Source: Alphaproteobacteria bacterium (GTDB lineage Bacteria > Pseudomonadota > Alphaproteobacteria > MPNO01). Taken from it: a stretch of 64,000 nt of DNA. Within the stretch, counting starts at the first letter, position 1; each line of letters opens with the position of its first letter. Below the pieces are notes generated by a model, which was not told the origin of the DNA, did no database searches, and saw nothing but the letters and a program-made list of their open reading frames with translations. A program made the position numbers and the translations under genes. The DNA lies in assembly GCA_964291675.2 (NCBI GenBank), contig OZ219865.1:1056001-1120000 (forward strand), read 5' to 3'. Shown here in pieces: positions 37,026 to 46,802 of the stretch.

Positions 37026-38294
37026 ATGCGGGTGCTGGTGGTGGGCGGCGGGGGCCGCGAACACGCGCTGTGCTGGGCCATCGCCGCCTCCCCGCTGGTG
37101 GATGCGCTCTTCTGCGCCCCCGGCAATGCCGGCATCGCGGCGGATGCGACATGCGTCCCCGTCGGGGCGGAGGATATCGGCGGTATCGTCCGTTTCGCGC
37201 GCGACCGGGGCATCGATTTCGTCGTGGTCGGCCCCGAGGCGCCGCTGGTCGCCGGGCTGGTCGACCGGCTGGCCGATGCCGGCATCAAGGCGTTCGGCCC
37301 GACCGCCGCGGCGGCGAGGCTGGAGGGGTCCAAGGCCTTCGCCAAGGATCTGTGCGCGCGCCACGGCATTCCCACCGCGGCCTATGGCCGCTTCACCGAT
37401 CTCGCGGCGGCGGGCGCGTTCATCGAAGACCGCGAACCCCCCATCGTGGTCAAGGCGGACGGGCTCGCCGCCGGCAAGGGGGTGACGATCGCCGAAACCC
37501 GCGACGCCGCGCTCGACGCCGCCCGGGACATGCTGACCGGCGGGCGGTTCGGCAAAGCGGGCGAGGAGATCGTGATCGAGGCGTTCCTCGCCGGCGAGGA
37601 GGCGAGCTTCTTCGCCCTGGTCGACGGGGAGACGGCGCTGCCGCTCGCCGCCGCGCAGGACCACAAGCGGGCGGGCGACGGCGACACGGGGCCCAATACC
37701 GGCGGCATGGGCGCCTACTCCCCCGCCCCAATCGTCACCGAGGCGGTGGCCGAGCGCGTCATGGCGCGCATCGTCCGCCCGACCGTCGCGGCCATGAAGG
37801 CCGAGGGCGCGCCCTTCAGGGGCGTGCTCTATGCCGGGCTGATGATCGACGGCGGGGAGCCCAGCCTGCTCGAATACAATGTCCGGTTCGGCGATCCGGA
37901 ATGCCAGGCGCTGATGGTCCGGCTCGCCTCCGACCTGCTGCCGGCGCTGATCGCGAGCGCCGACGGCGTGCTCGACATGTTCGACCTCCGTTGGCATGAC
38001 GACGCGGCGCTGACCGTGGTCATGGCGTCGAAGGGCTACCCGGGCGCCTACGAGACGGGCGGCGTCATCGGCGGCCTCGAAGCATCGTCGGCGATCGACG
38101 GGGTGACCGTGTTCCATGCCGGCACGCGCGAGGACGGCGGCACAATCCGCGCTTCGGGCGGGCGGGTGCTCGGCATCACCGCCTGCGCGCCGTCCATCGC
38201 GGATGCGCAACGCCTGGCCTATCGCGCGGTCGACGCGATCGACTGGCCGGGCGGGTTCTGCCGGCGCGACATCGGCGCGCGCGCCAACGACTGA
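37026..38294 (+). CDS. purD: Phosphoribosylamine-glycine ligase
   Basis: GGGGREHAL, KADGLAAGKGV, QDHKR, GPNTGGMG, RFGDPE. Confidence 0.97.
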   Translation: MRVLVVGGGGREHALCWAIAASPLVDALFCAPGNAGIAADATCVPVGAEDIGGIVRFARDRGIDFVVVGPEAPLVAGLVDRLADAGIKAFGPTAAAARLEGSKAFAKDLCARHGIPTAAYGRFTDLAAAGAFIEDREPPIVVKADGLAAGKGVTIAETRDAALDAARDMLTGGRFGKAGEEIVIEAFLAGEEASFFALVDGETALPLAAAQDHKRAGDGDTGPNTGGMGAYSPAPIVTEAVAERVMARIVRPTVAAMKAEGAPFRGVLYAGLMIDGGEPSLLEYNVRFGDPECQALMVRLASDLLPALIASADGVLDMFDLRWHDDAALTVVMASKGYPGAYETGGVIGGLEASSAIDGVTVFHAGTREDGGTIRASGGRVLGITACAPSIADAQRLAYRAVDAIDWPGGFCRRDIGARAND

Positions 38295-38304
38295 GGAGCG
38301 AGAC

Positions 38305-39072
38305 ATGCGGGCAAATCCGATTCGCCGGATCTGGGAAGACGGCGGCTGGGTGCTCAACGCCTGGTGCGCGATCCCGAGCGCCTTCGCGGCGGAGGTGATG
38401 GCCAATCTCGGCTGGGATTCGGTCACCGTCGACATGCAGCACGGGGTGAACGACTACCAGTCGGCGGTCGGCATGTTCCAGGCGATCTCGACCACGCAAG
38501 CGGCGCCGATGGCGCGGGTGCCGTGGAACGACCCGGCCATCGTCATGAAGATGCTGGACGCCGGCGCCTATGGGCTGATCTGCCCGCTGGTCAACTCGGC
38601 CGAAGAGGCGGAGCGCTTCGCCGGGGCCTGCCGCTACCCGCCGCGCGGCTACCGGAGCTCGGGGCCGATCCGGGCGCTGATCTATGGCGGGGCCGATTAC
38701 TTCGACCACGCCGACGACACCATCGTCACCTTCGCCATGATCGAGACCACCGACGCGCTCGCCAATCTCGATTCCATCCTCGCGGTGGACGAGATCGACG
38801 CGGTCTATATCGGCCCCTCAGACCTCTCGCTCTCGCTCGGCTGCAAGCCCGGGCTCGACCGGACCGAGACGGTGGTGGTCGAGGCGATCGAGACCATCCT
38901 CGCCGCCGCCAAGCGGCACGGCAAACGCGCCGGCATCCAGTGCAACGACACCGGCTACGCCAGGCGCATGGTGGAGCGGGGCTTCGACCTGGTGACGGTG
39001 ATGAGCGACCAGCGCCTGCTCGCAGCCGCCGGCAACAAAATCGTCGCCGACATGCGCGATGGCGGCGACTAG
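38305..39072 (+). CDS. HpcH/HpaI aldolase family protein
   Basis: VDMQHG, ARVPWND, LDAGA, MIET, YIGPSDL. Confidence 0.92.
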   Translation: MRANPIRRIWEDGGWVLNAWCAIPSAFAAEVMANLGWDSVTVDMQHGVNDYQSAVGMFQAISTTQAAPMARVPWNDPAIVMKMLDAGAYGLICPLVNSAEEAERFAGACRYPPRGYRSSGPIRALIYGGADYFDHADDTIVTFAMIETTDALANLDSILAVDEIDAVYIGPSDLSLSLGCKPGLDRTETVVVEAIETILAAAKRHGKRAGIQCNDTGYARRMVERGFDLVTVMSDQRLLAAAGNKIVADMRDGGD

Positions 39073-39174
39073 CGGAGACAGGCCGAGGGCGCGATCGCGC
39101 CGCGCCTCCCTCGGTATGTTAGCCTGAACGGCGCTCGGGGCGATCAAATTGCCGCATTCATCGGGGGCGGTCCC

Positions 39175-39417
39175 ATGAAATGGTACGACTATATCCATAG
39201 CGATCCGTCGGTCATGGTCGGAAAACCGGTGATCCGCGGCACCCGGCTGTCGGTAGAGTTCCTGCTCGGACTGTTGGCCGAAGGCTGGACCGAACAGCAG
39301 ATACTGGAAAGCTACCCGCAGCTCTCGCGGGAAGCGTTGCGCGCGACATTCGCCTTTGCGGTCGAATGCACGCGGGACGAGCTGGTCTACGATGTCGGCA
39401 ACGGGGCGACGGGTTGA
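39175..39417 (+). CDS. DUF433 antitoxin (VapB45-like)
   Basis: GKPVIRGTRLSV, ILESYPQL. Confidence 0.92.
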   Translation: MKWYDYIHSDPSVMVGKPVIRGTRLSVEFLLGLLAEGWTEQQILESYPQLSREALRATFAFAVECTRDELVYDVGNGATG

Positions 39418-39791
39418 AGCTGCTGGCGAACGAGAACATACCGCTCGACAGCGTGCGAACTCTGCGGAGCAATGGACACGATGTCGTTTCGATCGGCGAG
39501 CGGTCTCCCGGAATCTCCGACGAAGAGGTCATTCGGATCGCCCGAACGGAGAACCGGATAATCGTAACCTTCGACAGGGATTACGGAGAGCTGGTCTTCC
39601 GTCGTGGATCGCCGCCGCCTGCGGGCATCTTGTATCTGCGCTTCGTTCCGAACAGCCCGTCGGAAGTCGCCACATATGTTTCCAAGCTGATCGAGAGCGG
39701 TATCGACCTGGACCGCCGATTCACGACGGCGGACCGTGGAAGAGTGCGACAGACAATGCTCGACCGTCTCTCGCAGGGCGGTCCCGGTTGA
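39414..39791 (+). CDS. DUF5615 PIN-like toxin (VapC45-like)
   Basis: KLLANENIP, GHDV, DEEV, RIIVTFDRDYGEL; TTGA overlap with DUF433 stop. Confidence 0.9.
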   Translation: MKLLANENIPLDSVRTLRSNGHDVVSIGERSPGISDEEVIRIARTENRIIVTFDRDYGELVFRRGSPPPAGILYLRFVPNSPSEVATYVSKLIESGIDLDRRFTTADRGRVRQTMLDRLSQGGPG

Positions 39792-39824
39792 GCGTCGGCG
39801 AGTCGGGGAAACGGAACGGAAACG

Positions 39825-40706
39825 ATGACGGCGGACAATAGCGGCGCGTTCGAGAGCATCTGGGCGGATCTGCAGGGGGTTCCCTTCGAGCAGGGCTATG
39901 TCGATGTCGGCGGTATCGCCACCCGCTACCTGCATGCCGGGAGCGCGGGCCAGCCGGGGCTCGTGTTCCTGCACGGCACCGGCGGCCATGCCGAGGCCTA
40001 TGTGCGCAACCTCGCCGCCCACGCCCCGCATTTCGACACCTACGCGATCGACATGCTGGGCCACGGCTATACCGGGAAGCCGGACTACGACTACGAGATC
40101 CCGCGCTATATCGACCACCTGGCGGGGTTTTTGGACGCCATCGGCATCGACCGGGTGTCGCTGTCGGGCGAATCGCTCGGCGGCTGGGTGGCGGGCGCCT
40201 TCGCCATCGCCCATCCCGACCGGGTCGACCGGCTGGTGCTCAACACCGCCGGGGCCGACATGGTCGACCCGGACGCGCTGGCGGCGCTCCGCGCCTCGAC
40301 CGCGGCGGCGGTGGAGGACCCGAGCTGGGAGCGCGTGCGGACGCGGCTCGAATGGCTGATGCACACCAATTCCGACGTGCACGATGATCTGGTGGCGAGC
40401 CGCCAGGCGATCTATTCCCGCCCGGAGATGAAGGCGGGCGTCACCCGCATCCTCTGCCTCCACACCCCGGAGGCGCGCCGGCGCTTCGCGGTCAAGCCGG
40501 AGGAATGGGCGCGGATCGCGGCGCCGACGCTGGTGCTGTGGACAAGTCACGACCCTACCGCCACCGTCGATGTCGGCGAGACGCTGGCCGGGATGATCCC
40601 GGGCGCCAGATTCGTCGTCATGCAGGATTGCGGGCACTGGCCGCAATTCGAGGACGCCGAGACCTTCAACCGCATCCATGTCGATTTTCTGCTCGGCCGC
40701 GGCTGA
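39825..40706 (+). CDS. Alpha/beta hydrolase, meta-cleavage product hydrolase-like
   Basis: FLHGTGG, DMLGHG, GESLGG, CGHWPQFE. Confidence 0.88.
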   Translation: MTADNSGAFESIWADLQGVPFEQGYVDVGGIATRYLHAGSAGQPGLVFLHGTGGHAEAYVRNLAAHAPHFDTYAIDMLGHGYTGKPDYDYEIPRYIDHLAGFLDAIGIDRVSLSGESLGGWVAGAFAIAHPDRVDRLVLNTAGADMVDPDALAALRASTAAAVEDPSWERVRTRLEWLMHTNSDVHDDLVASRQAIYSRPEMKAGVTRILCLHTPEARRRFAVKPEEWARIAAPTLVLWTSHDPTATVDVGETLAGMIPGARFVVMQDCGHWPQFEDAETFNRIHVDFLLGRG

Positions 40707-40733
40707 GCCCGTCCCCCTTTCAGGAGAGCCGCC

Positions 40734-41090
40734 ATGGCCGACCATCACGACATGCTGGGCAAGAGGTTCTTCGCGATCCTCACCGAGGCCGCGCCCGGCG
40801 CCACGCCGTTGGAGCTCCAGGCCACGCTGCCGGACCATCTCGACCACCAGGTGAGGCTCGAGCAGGAGGGCATTTTGTTCGCCGCCGGCCCGCTCGACGC
40901 CGAGGACGGCTCGCGCCGCGGGCTGATCGTCATCCGGGCGGAGTCCTTCGAGGACGCGCGCCGGATCGCCGATACCGACCCCTTCCATGCCCAGGGGCTG
41001 AGGACCTACACCGTGGAGCAATGGACCGTGAACGAGGGGAGCTACACGGTCCGCCTGACCTATTCGGACCAGCGCCTCGCGCTCGACTAG
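40734..41090 (+). CDS. YciI family protein
   Basis: HL, LFAAGP, GLIVIRA, DPF. Confidence 0.85.
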   Translation: MADHHDMLGKRFFAILTEAAPGATPLELQATLPDHLDHQVRLEQEGILFAAGPLDAEDGSRRGLIVIRAESFEDARRIADTDPFHAQGLRTYTVEQWTVNEGSYTVRLTYSDQRLALD

Positions 41091-41100
41091 GCATCGGGCG

Positions 41101-42687
41101 ATGCGCAATTTCGAGCTGCCGGGGCGGTCGCCCGTCTACGGCACCGGCGGCATGGCTGCGACCTCGCACCCGCTGGCCAGCCTGACCGCGATCGAGACGC
41201 TCAAATCCGGCGGCAACGCGGTGGACGCCGCGGTGGCGGCGGCGGCGGTGCTCGCCGTCGTCGAGTCGCATATGACCGGCATCGGCGGCGACTGCTTCGT
41301 CCTCTACGCGCCGCAGGGCGGCGGCATCGTCGCCTATAACGGCTCGGGCCGCAGCCCGGCGGCGGCGGAGATCGACTGGTATGTCGCCAGGGGCATCGAC
41401 CGGATGCCGGTCATCGGGCCGCACGCGGTCACGATCCCGGGCGCGGTCGAGGCCTGGGACCGGCTGGTCGGCGATCACGGCCGGAAGCCGTTCGGCGAAT
41501 TGCTGGCGCCCGCGATCCGGCTCGCGGCCGACGGAGCGGTCGTCCATCCGCGGGTCGCCTGGGACTGGGCGGGCTGCGAGCGCCTGCTGGCGCGGACGCC
41601 GGAGACCGCGGCGCTCTACCTGCAAGGCGGGCGCGCGTACCGGGCCGGCGAGGTCCACCGCCAGGAGGCGCTGTCCGCGACGCTGGCTGCCATCGCCGCC
41701 GACGGACCTTCCGCGTTCTACGAAGGCGAGGCGGCCGAGCGCATGGCGGCGACGCTCGCCGCCTATGGCGGGCTGCACGGCGTGGCGGACTTCGCGGCGC
41801 ATCGCGGCGACTATGTCGAGCCCATCGCGACCGCCTATCGCGGCCACGAGATCCACGAGTGCCCGCCCAACGGCCAGGGGCTCACGGCGCTCCTGATGTT
41901 CAACATCCTCGCCGGCTTCGACCTCGAAGGCTCGGATCCGGCGGACCCCCGCCGCCTGCATCTCGAAGCCGAGGCCGGGCGGCTCGCCTATCGCGAGCGC
42001 GACCGCCATATCGCGGACCCCGACGGCGCCGAGATCCCGGTCGATGCGCTGCTGTCGGAGGGTTACGCGGCCGAGCTCCGCCGCCACATCGATCCGGGCC
42101 GCGCGATGGCCGGGCTGCCGCCGGCGCGGATGCCTGCGAGCTCGGACACGGTCTACCTCGCCGTGGTCGACGGCGACGGCAACGCGATCAGCTTCATCAA
42201 CTCGCTGTTCGCCATGTTCGGCGCCGCCATCGCCGATACCCGCACCGGGGTGCTGTTCCAGAACCGCGGCAGCGCCTTCCTGATCGACCGCAGGCACCCC
42301 AACGCCATCGGCCCGTCCAAGCGCTCGCTGCACACGATCATGCCCGGGATGATGGCGAAGGACGGCGCGGCGGTCATGCCGTTCGGCGTCATGGGCGGGC
42401 ACTACCAGCCCTTCGGCCACGTCCACCTGATCGCCGGGCTGCTCGATTGCGGGCTCGACGTGCAGCGCGCGATCGACGCCCCGCGCGTCTTCCACTTCGG
42501 CGGCGCGCTCGCGCTGGAGGCCGGCATCCCCGCCGAGACCGCCGACGCGCTGGCGGCGATGGGCCACGCCGTCCGCCCCGCCGGCGCGCCGCTCGGCGGC
42601 GGCCAGGCGGTGGCCATCGACCGCGAGACTGGGGTTCTCGCCGGCGGCTCCGATCCCCGCAAGGACGGCTGCGCGCTCGGCTATTGA
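41101..42687 (+). CDS. Gamma-glutamyltransferase family Ntn hydrolase (no signal peptide)
   Basis: GGNAVDAA, GIGGD, PPNGQG, DTVYL nucleophile, QNRG, GVMGG, SDPRKDG. Confidence 0.93.
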   Translation: MRNFELPGRSPVYGTGGMAATSHPLASLTAIETLKSGGNAVDAAVAAAAVLAVVESHMTGIGGDCFVLYAPQGGGIVAYNGSGRSPAAAEIDWYVARGIDRMPVIGPHAVTIPGAVEAWDRLVGDHGRKPFGELLAPAIRLAADGAVVHPRVAWDWAGCERLLARTPETAALYLQGGRAYRAGEVHRQEALSATLAAIAADGPSAFYEGEAAERMAATLAAYGGLHGVADFAAHRGDYVEPIATAYRGHEIHECPPNGQGLTALLMFNILAGFDLEGSDPADPRRLHLEAEAGRLAYRERDRHIADPDGAEIPVDALLSEGYAAELRRHIDPGRAMAGLPPARMPASSDTVYLAVVDGDGNAISFINSLFAMFGAAIADTRTGVLFQNRGSAFLIDRRHPNAIGPSKRSLHTIMPGMMAKDGAAVMPFGVMGGHYQPFGHVHLIAGLLDCGLDVQRAIDAPRVFHFGGALALEAGIPAETADALAAMGHAVRPAGAPLGGGQAVAIDRETGVLAGGSDPRKDGCALGY

Positions 42688-42742
42688 GCCGGGCGGGCGG
42701 GTTCATGCTACGCTAGCTCAGGGCTCACACGGAGGTTCCGCC

Positions 42743-43144
42743 ATGGCCAAGCTGCGCCATATCGCGATCGCCTGCGACGATGTCGAGGCGACCGCCAGGT
42801 TCTACGAGGAGGTATTCGACATGGAGCGCGTGGGCGAGACCAACGCCTCGCTCGCCGACGGCGTCTACCTCTCGGACGGCGTGATCAACCTCGCCATCCT
42901 CGACTACAAGACCGACGAAGCCGCCGGCGAGGAGCGCGGCAAGGACTATGTCGGGGTGCACCATTTCGGCTTCTGGGTCGACGATCTGGAGGACGCCGAG
43001 AAGGACATCGAGGCCAATGGCGGGACGTTCTTCCTCGACCTGCCGATCGACAAGGAATCGCTCTACTACGAGAAGAAGTACCGCGACCCCAACGGCATCA
43101 TCTTCGACATCTCCCAGAACGGCTGGGTGGGAACCTCGAAATAG
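42743..43144 (+). CDS. VOC family protein (single domain)
   Basis: LRHIAI, FYEEVF, HHFGFWVDD, DPNG. Confidence 0.88.
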   Translation: MAKLRHIAIACDDVEATARFYEEVFDMERVGETNASLADGVYLSDGVINLAILDYKTDEAAGEERGKDYVGVHHFGFWVDDLEDAEKDIEANGGTFFLDLPIDKESLYYEKKYRDPNGIIFDISQNGWVGTSK

Positions 43145-43153
43145 GGCACGGCG

Positions 43154-44050
43154 ATGAACCATGCACGGGTGACGGCTGTAAGAAGCGTCGAGCTCGGCGT
43201 CCGCGACGTGGCGGCGGCGGCGGAGTTCTACGCCGGCGTGTGGAACCTGGACCCGGTGGCGGAGCGGAACGGCTCGCGCTATTTCCGCGGCACCGGGGCG
43301 GAGCACCACATCCTCGCCCTGCATGAGCGCGGCGAGCCCGCCCTGATCCGGGTCAACTTTGCCGCGCTGGACCGGCGGAGCGTCGACGGCCTGCACGCGC
43401 GGCTCGCGGCGCTGGGCCTGGCGGATATCGGCGAGCCGGGCGAACTGTCGAGCCCGGGCGGCGGCTACGGCTTCGCCTTCTCGGACGGGGAGGGACGCAA
43501 GCTCGCGGTCTCGTCGGATGTCGCAACCCACGTCGACGCGGCGGACGCGCCCGACCGGCCGCGCAAGATCTCGCACTGCGTGCTGAACGCCGCCGACATG
43601 GAAGGCTCGATTGGCGTCTTCACCGAAGGGCTCGGCTTCACGGTCATCGACCGGACGGGCCATCTCTGCTTCCTCTGCTGCGGCTCGGACCATCACAGCA
43701 TCGCGCTGGGGCATGGCGATGCGCCGACGCTGCACCACATCGCTTTCGAGATGACGGATCTCGATTCGGTGATGCGCGGGGCGGGGCGGATGCGCGACGC
43801 CGGCTATCCGATCGAATGGGGCGTCGGCCGGCACGGCCCGGGCGCCAACGTGTTCTCCTATTTCCTCGGCCCCGACGACTTCATCATCGAGTACACCGCC
43901 GAGGTCGAGCAGGTGGACGACAGCTACCCGAAGCGAAGCGCCGAGTACTGGGCCAGGCTCAACCCGCCCGGCTGGACCGACCGCTGGGGCGTCTCCGGCC
44001 CGCCTTCCGAGCGGATGCAGGCGGCGCAAACCAGGATCGGCTTCGCCTGA
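43154..44050 (+). CDS. Two-domain VOC extradiol dioxygenase-like protein
   Basis: SHCVLN, DHH, LHHIAFE, GRHGPG, YF, IEY (H-H-E metal triad). Confidence 0.88.
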   Translation: MNHARVTAVRSVELGVRDVAAAAEFYAGVWNLDPVAERNGSRYFRGTGAEHHILALHERGEPALIRVNFAALDRRSVDGLHARLAALGLADIGEPGELSSPGGGYGFAFSDGEGRKLAVSSDVATHVDAADAPDRPRKISHCVLNAADMEGSIGVFTEGLGFTVIDRTGHLCFLCCGSDHHSIALGHGDAPTLHHIAFEMTDLDSVMRGAGRMRDAGYPIEWGVGRHGPGANVFSYFLGPDDFIIEYTAEVEQVDDSYPKRSAEYWARLNPPGWTDRWGVSGPPSERMQAAQTRIGFA

Positions 44051-44061
44051 GGGCCGCCGCA

Positions 44062-45012
44062 ATGAATTTCGTCGATATCGACACGCTGGTCTTCGCCGCG
44101 CCCGACATGAAGACCGCCAGGCGGTTCTACACCGACTGGGGGCTCAGGAAGGTGAGCGACCGCCGGTCGGGCGCCGTCTTCGAGACCGGAATCGGCGCGA
44201 AACTCGACATCCGCCCCGCGGGCCACCCGTCGCTGCCGCCGCCGGCGGTGCCGGGGATGAACTTCCGCGAGGCGATCTGGGGGGTCGAGACCGAGGACGA
44301 CCTCGACGCGGTCCACCGGGAGCTCGCGCGCGACCGCGAGGTCGCGGTCGACGAGGACGGGACCATCCACTGCGTCGATCCCTATAGCGTCGCGGTGGGC
44401 TTTCGCGTCTGGAAGCACGACAGGCAGGTCGATGCCGCGCGCTCGGCGGTCAACGGCTACGGCAATATCGAGCGCCCGGACGAGCGCGCGAAAATCTACC
44501 GGCGGGCGCGGCCGATCCGCATGGGGCATATCGGCTTCCTGCTTCCCGACCTCAAGCCGGCCGAGAAGTTCTACGCCGACCGTCTCGGCTTTTCGGTGTC
44601 GGACCGCTATGCCGGCGGGCGCGGGCTGTTCCTGCGCTGCGCGGCGGAGGCCGACCACCATAATCTGTTCCTGATCAGGAGCGGCAACGGCGCCACCGCT
44701 TTCCACCATGTCGCCTTCGAGGTGCGCGACATCCACGAGGTGTTCGGCGGCGGCATCCATTTCGACCGCAAGGGCTGGGAGACCGAGGTGGGCCCGGGGC
44801 GCCACCCGGTGTCCTCGGCCTATTTCTGGTACTTCAAGAGCCCGTGCGAGGGCGCGGTCGAATACTTCGCCGATTCGGACTATTTGACGGCGGAGTGGAA
44901 GCCGACCTCGTTCCGCAAGAACCGGTTCTCGGAATGGCACCTGGTGGACGGGATCGACACCGGCCGGAACGCGATGCCGCGCCCCTCGATGGCCGCCGAC
45001 GCGGGGACATAG
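44062..45012 (+). CDS. Two-domain VOC extradiol dioxygenase-like protein
   Basis: MGHIGF, DHH, FHHVAFE, GRHPVSS, YF, VEY. Confidence 0.88.
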   Translation: MNFVDIDTLVFAAPDMKTARRFYTDWGLRKVSDRRSGAVFETGIGAKLDIRPAGHPSLPPPAVPGMNFREAIWGVETEDDLDAVHRELARDREVAVDEDGTIHCVDPYSVAVGFRVWKHDRQVDAARSAVNGYGNIERPDERAKIYRRARPIRMGHIGFLLPDLKPAEKFYADRLGFSVSDRYAGGRGLFLRCAAEADHHNLFLIRSGNGATAFHHVAFEVRDIHEVFGGGIHFDRKGWETEVGPGRHPVSSAYFWYFKSPCEGAVEYFADSDYLTAEWKPTSFRKNRFSEWHLVDGIDTGRNAMPRPSMAADAGT

Positions 45013-45022
45013 GAAGGACGCG

Positions 45023-46051
45023 ATGTTTCTCAGAAATTGCTGGTACGCGGCCTATTGGTCGAAGGATCTCGGCCGCGGGCCGGAAGCGCGCACGATCCTC
45101 AACGAGCCGGTGGTGTTCTTCCGCAAGGAGGACGGCACGCCGGTGGCGCTCGCCGATCGCTGCTGTCACCGCGCGGCGCCGCTGTCGCGCGGGAGCTGCG
45201 TCGGCGACGGGCTGCAATGCGGCTATCACGGGCTGCGCTACGACGACACCGGCGCGGTCGTCGAGGTCCCCGGCCAGGCGCGGGTCCCGCCCGGCGCCCG
45301 GGTTCGCCGCTACCCGGTGCGCGAGAAGTGGAAGACGGTGTGGATCTGGATGGGCGATGCGGACAAGGTCGACGAGAGCGCCATCCCCGAGCTGTTCTGG
45401 CTCGACGATCCGGGCTGGGTCTCCACGCCGGGCCGGTTCCACGTCAAGGGCAACTACCAGCTTCTGGCCGACAACCTGCTCGACCTCACCCATGTCATCT
45501 ACCTGCACAAGAACACGATCGGCGGCGACCCGGCGGAGGCGACCTGGCCGACCGAGACCGAGCGCATCGAGAACGGGGTGCGCGTCGGCCGCTGGATGAT
45601 CGACCTCACGCCGCCGCCGCTGTTTGACAGGGTCGGCGAATTCGAAGGCAATTGCGACCGCTGGCAGCACGTCACCTGGCTGGCGCCGTCGAACATCTAT
45701 CTCGACATCGGCGCCGCGCCGACCGGGACGGGGGCGCCGGAAGGCAACCGCAGCCAGGGTTTCTCGATCTGGTCGACCCACCTGCTGACGCCGGAGACCG
45801 AGACCACCACCCACTACCACTGGGGCTATGCCCGGGATTTCCGGCTCGACGACGAGGCGCTGACCAAAACCCTTTTCGAGGGCTCGCGCGACACGTTTTA
45901 CGAGGACGTGGAGATGATCGACGCGCAGCAGGAGCGCCTCGGCGCGACCTCGCTCGACGGGCTGATCGACATCAACGCCGACTACGCCCAGCTCCAGGCG
46001 CGGCGCTATCTGGAAGACCGCATCCGCGCGGAGGCCACCGCGAACGCCTGA
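45023..46051 (+). CDS. Rieske non-heme iron oxygenase (VanA-like)
   Basis: RNCWY, CCHR...CGYHG Rieske motif, DNLLDLTHVIYLH, ED. Confidence 0.93.
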   Translation: MFLRNCWYAAYWSKDLGRGPEARTILNEPVVFFRKEDGTPVALADRCCHRAAPLSRGSCVGDGLQCGYHGLRYDDTGAVVEVPGQARVPPGARVRRYPVREKWKTVWIWMGDADKVDESAIPELFWLDDPGWVSTPGRFHVKGNYQLLADNLLDLTHVIYLHKNTIGGDPAEATWPTETERIENGVRVGRWMIDLTPPPLFDRVGEFEGNCDRWQHVTWLAPSNIYLDIGAAPTGTGAPEGNRSQGFSIWSTHLLTPETETTTHYHWGYARDFRLDDEALTKTLFEGSRDTFYEDVEMIDAQQERLGATSLDGLIDINADYAQLQARRYLEDRIRAEATANA

Positions 46052-46082
46052 GCGCCGGGGGCGAAGGACGTATTCGGTCGAA

Positions 46083-46376
46083 TCACCGGTCGCGCCGGTT
46101 CTCGTCAAGTTGCGCAAGGATCTCGTTCAACGGGGCGACCGGCTTCGTCGATGGCGGCGGCCCGGAGCCTGCCAGTAGCGGCGGCGTCAGCACGCCCGAG
46201 CGCACCGCATCGGCCAGCAATGCGTCGGCAAGGACTGGGCTACGGGTCTCTTTGGGTGGGCCGAGCTCCGCCACCACCCGGTCACGGTCCGTCACCAGGA
46301 TCGTTTCGCCGGACGCCGCGAGCCGCACCCAGTCGTTCAACCGGCTCTTCAGTTTCCTGATTCCGACCGACTTCAT
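46083..46376 (-). CDS. Phd/YefM family antitoxin (orphan)
   Basis: MKSVGIRKLKSRLNDWVRLAASGETILVTDRDRVVAEL; no toxin ORF follows. Confidence 0.88.
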   Translation of the reverse strand: MKSVGIRKLKSRLNDWVRLAASGETILVTDRDRVVAELGPPKETRSPVLADALLADAVRSGVLTPPLLAGSGPPPSTKPVAPLNEILAQLDENRRDR

Positions 46377-46494
46377 GCCCGTTAAGATTGTAATCGAGTG
46401 CAGCTTCGTCAATCGGCATGGGTTGTGGTTCGTGCCGGTCGGCGGGCGCACATCTACCCCGCCGCCCGTCATCGCCATCCCTGCCCTGTATCCT

Positions 46495-46605
46495 CGTCAT
46501 GCCCGGACTTGTTCCGGGCATCCACTGGCGCCGCCACCGCTCCCGGCCGACCGCCATGCGCGCGGACGCGCCGCATGGATGGCCGGATCGAGTCCGGCCA
46601 TGACG
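46495..46605. repeat. CGTC-type REP doublet, copy 2 (inverted relative to copies 1 and 3)
   Basis: 30-bp arms 46495-46524 and 46576-46605; 51-bp spacer homologous to the reverse complement of the other spacers. Confidence 0.9.
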
Positions 46606-46687
46606 GGATGGTGGTGGCGGTGGAGGAGCAGGGAGAGCCGGGTGCGGCTCGCGTCGAAAATCCAGACCGGACAGCAGTGGAACACCC

Positions 46688-46778
46688 CCGGACTTGATCC
46701 GGCGGCCGGGCATGACGGAAGAAACGTCGCGGGCCACCCGCCCGCCAAGCGATCTGGACAAGCCCCTATCGAAGGACA
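46688..46778. repeat. Fragmentary REP sequences
   Basis: ccggacttgatccgg core, gggcatgacg end, and tatcgaaggaca identical to 10257-10268. Confidence 0.6.
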
Positions 46779-46802
46779 TCCTCCGCCGTGGCCCTTCGCC
46801 CG

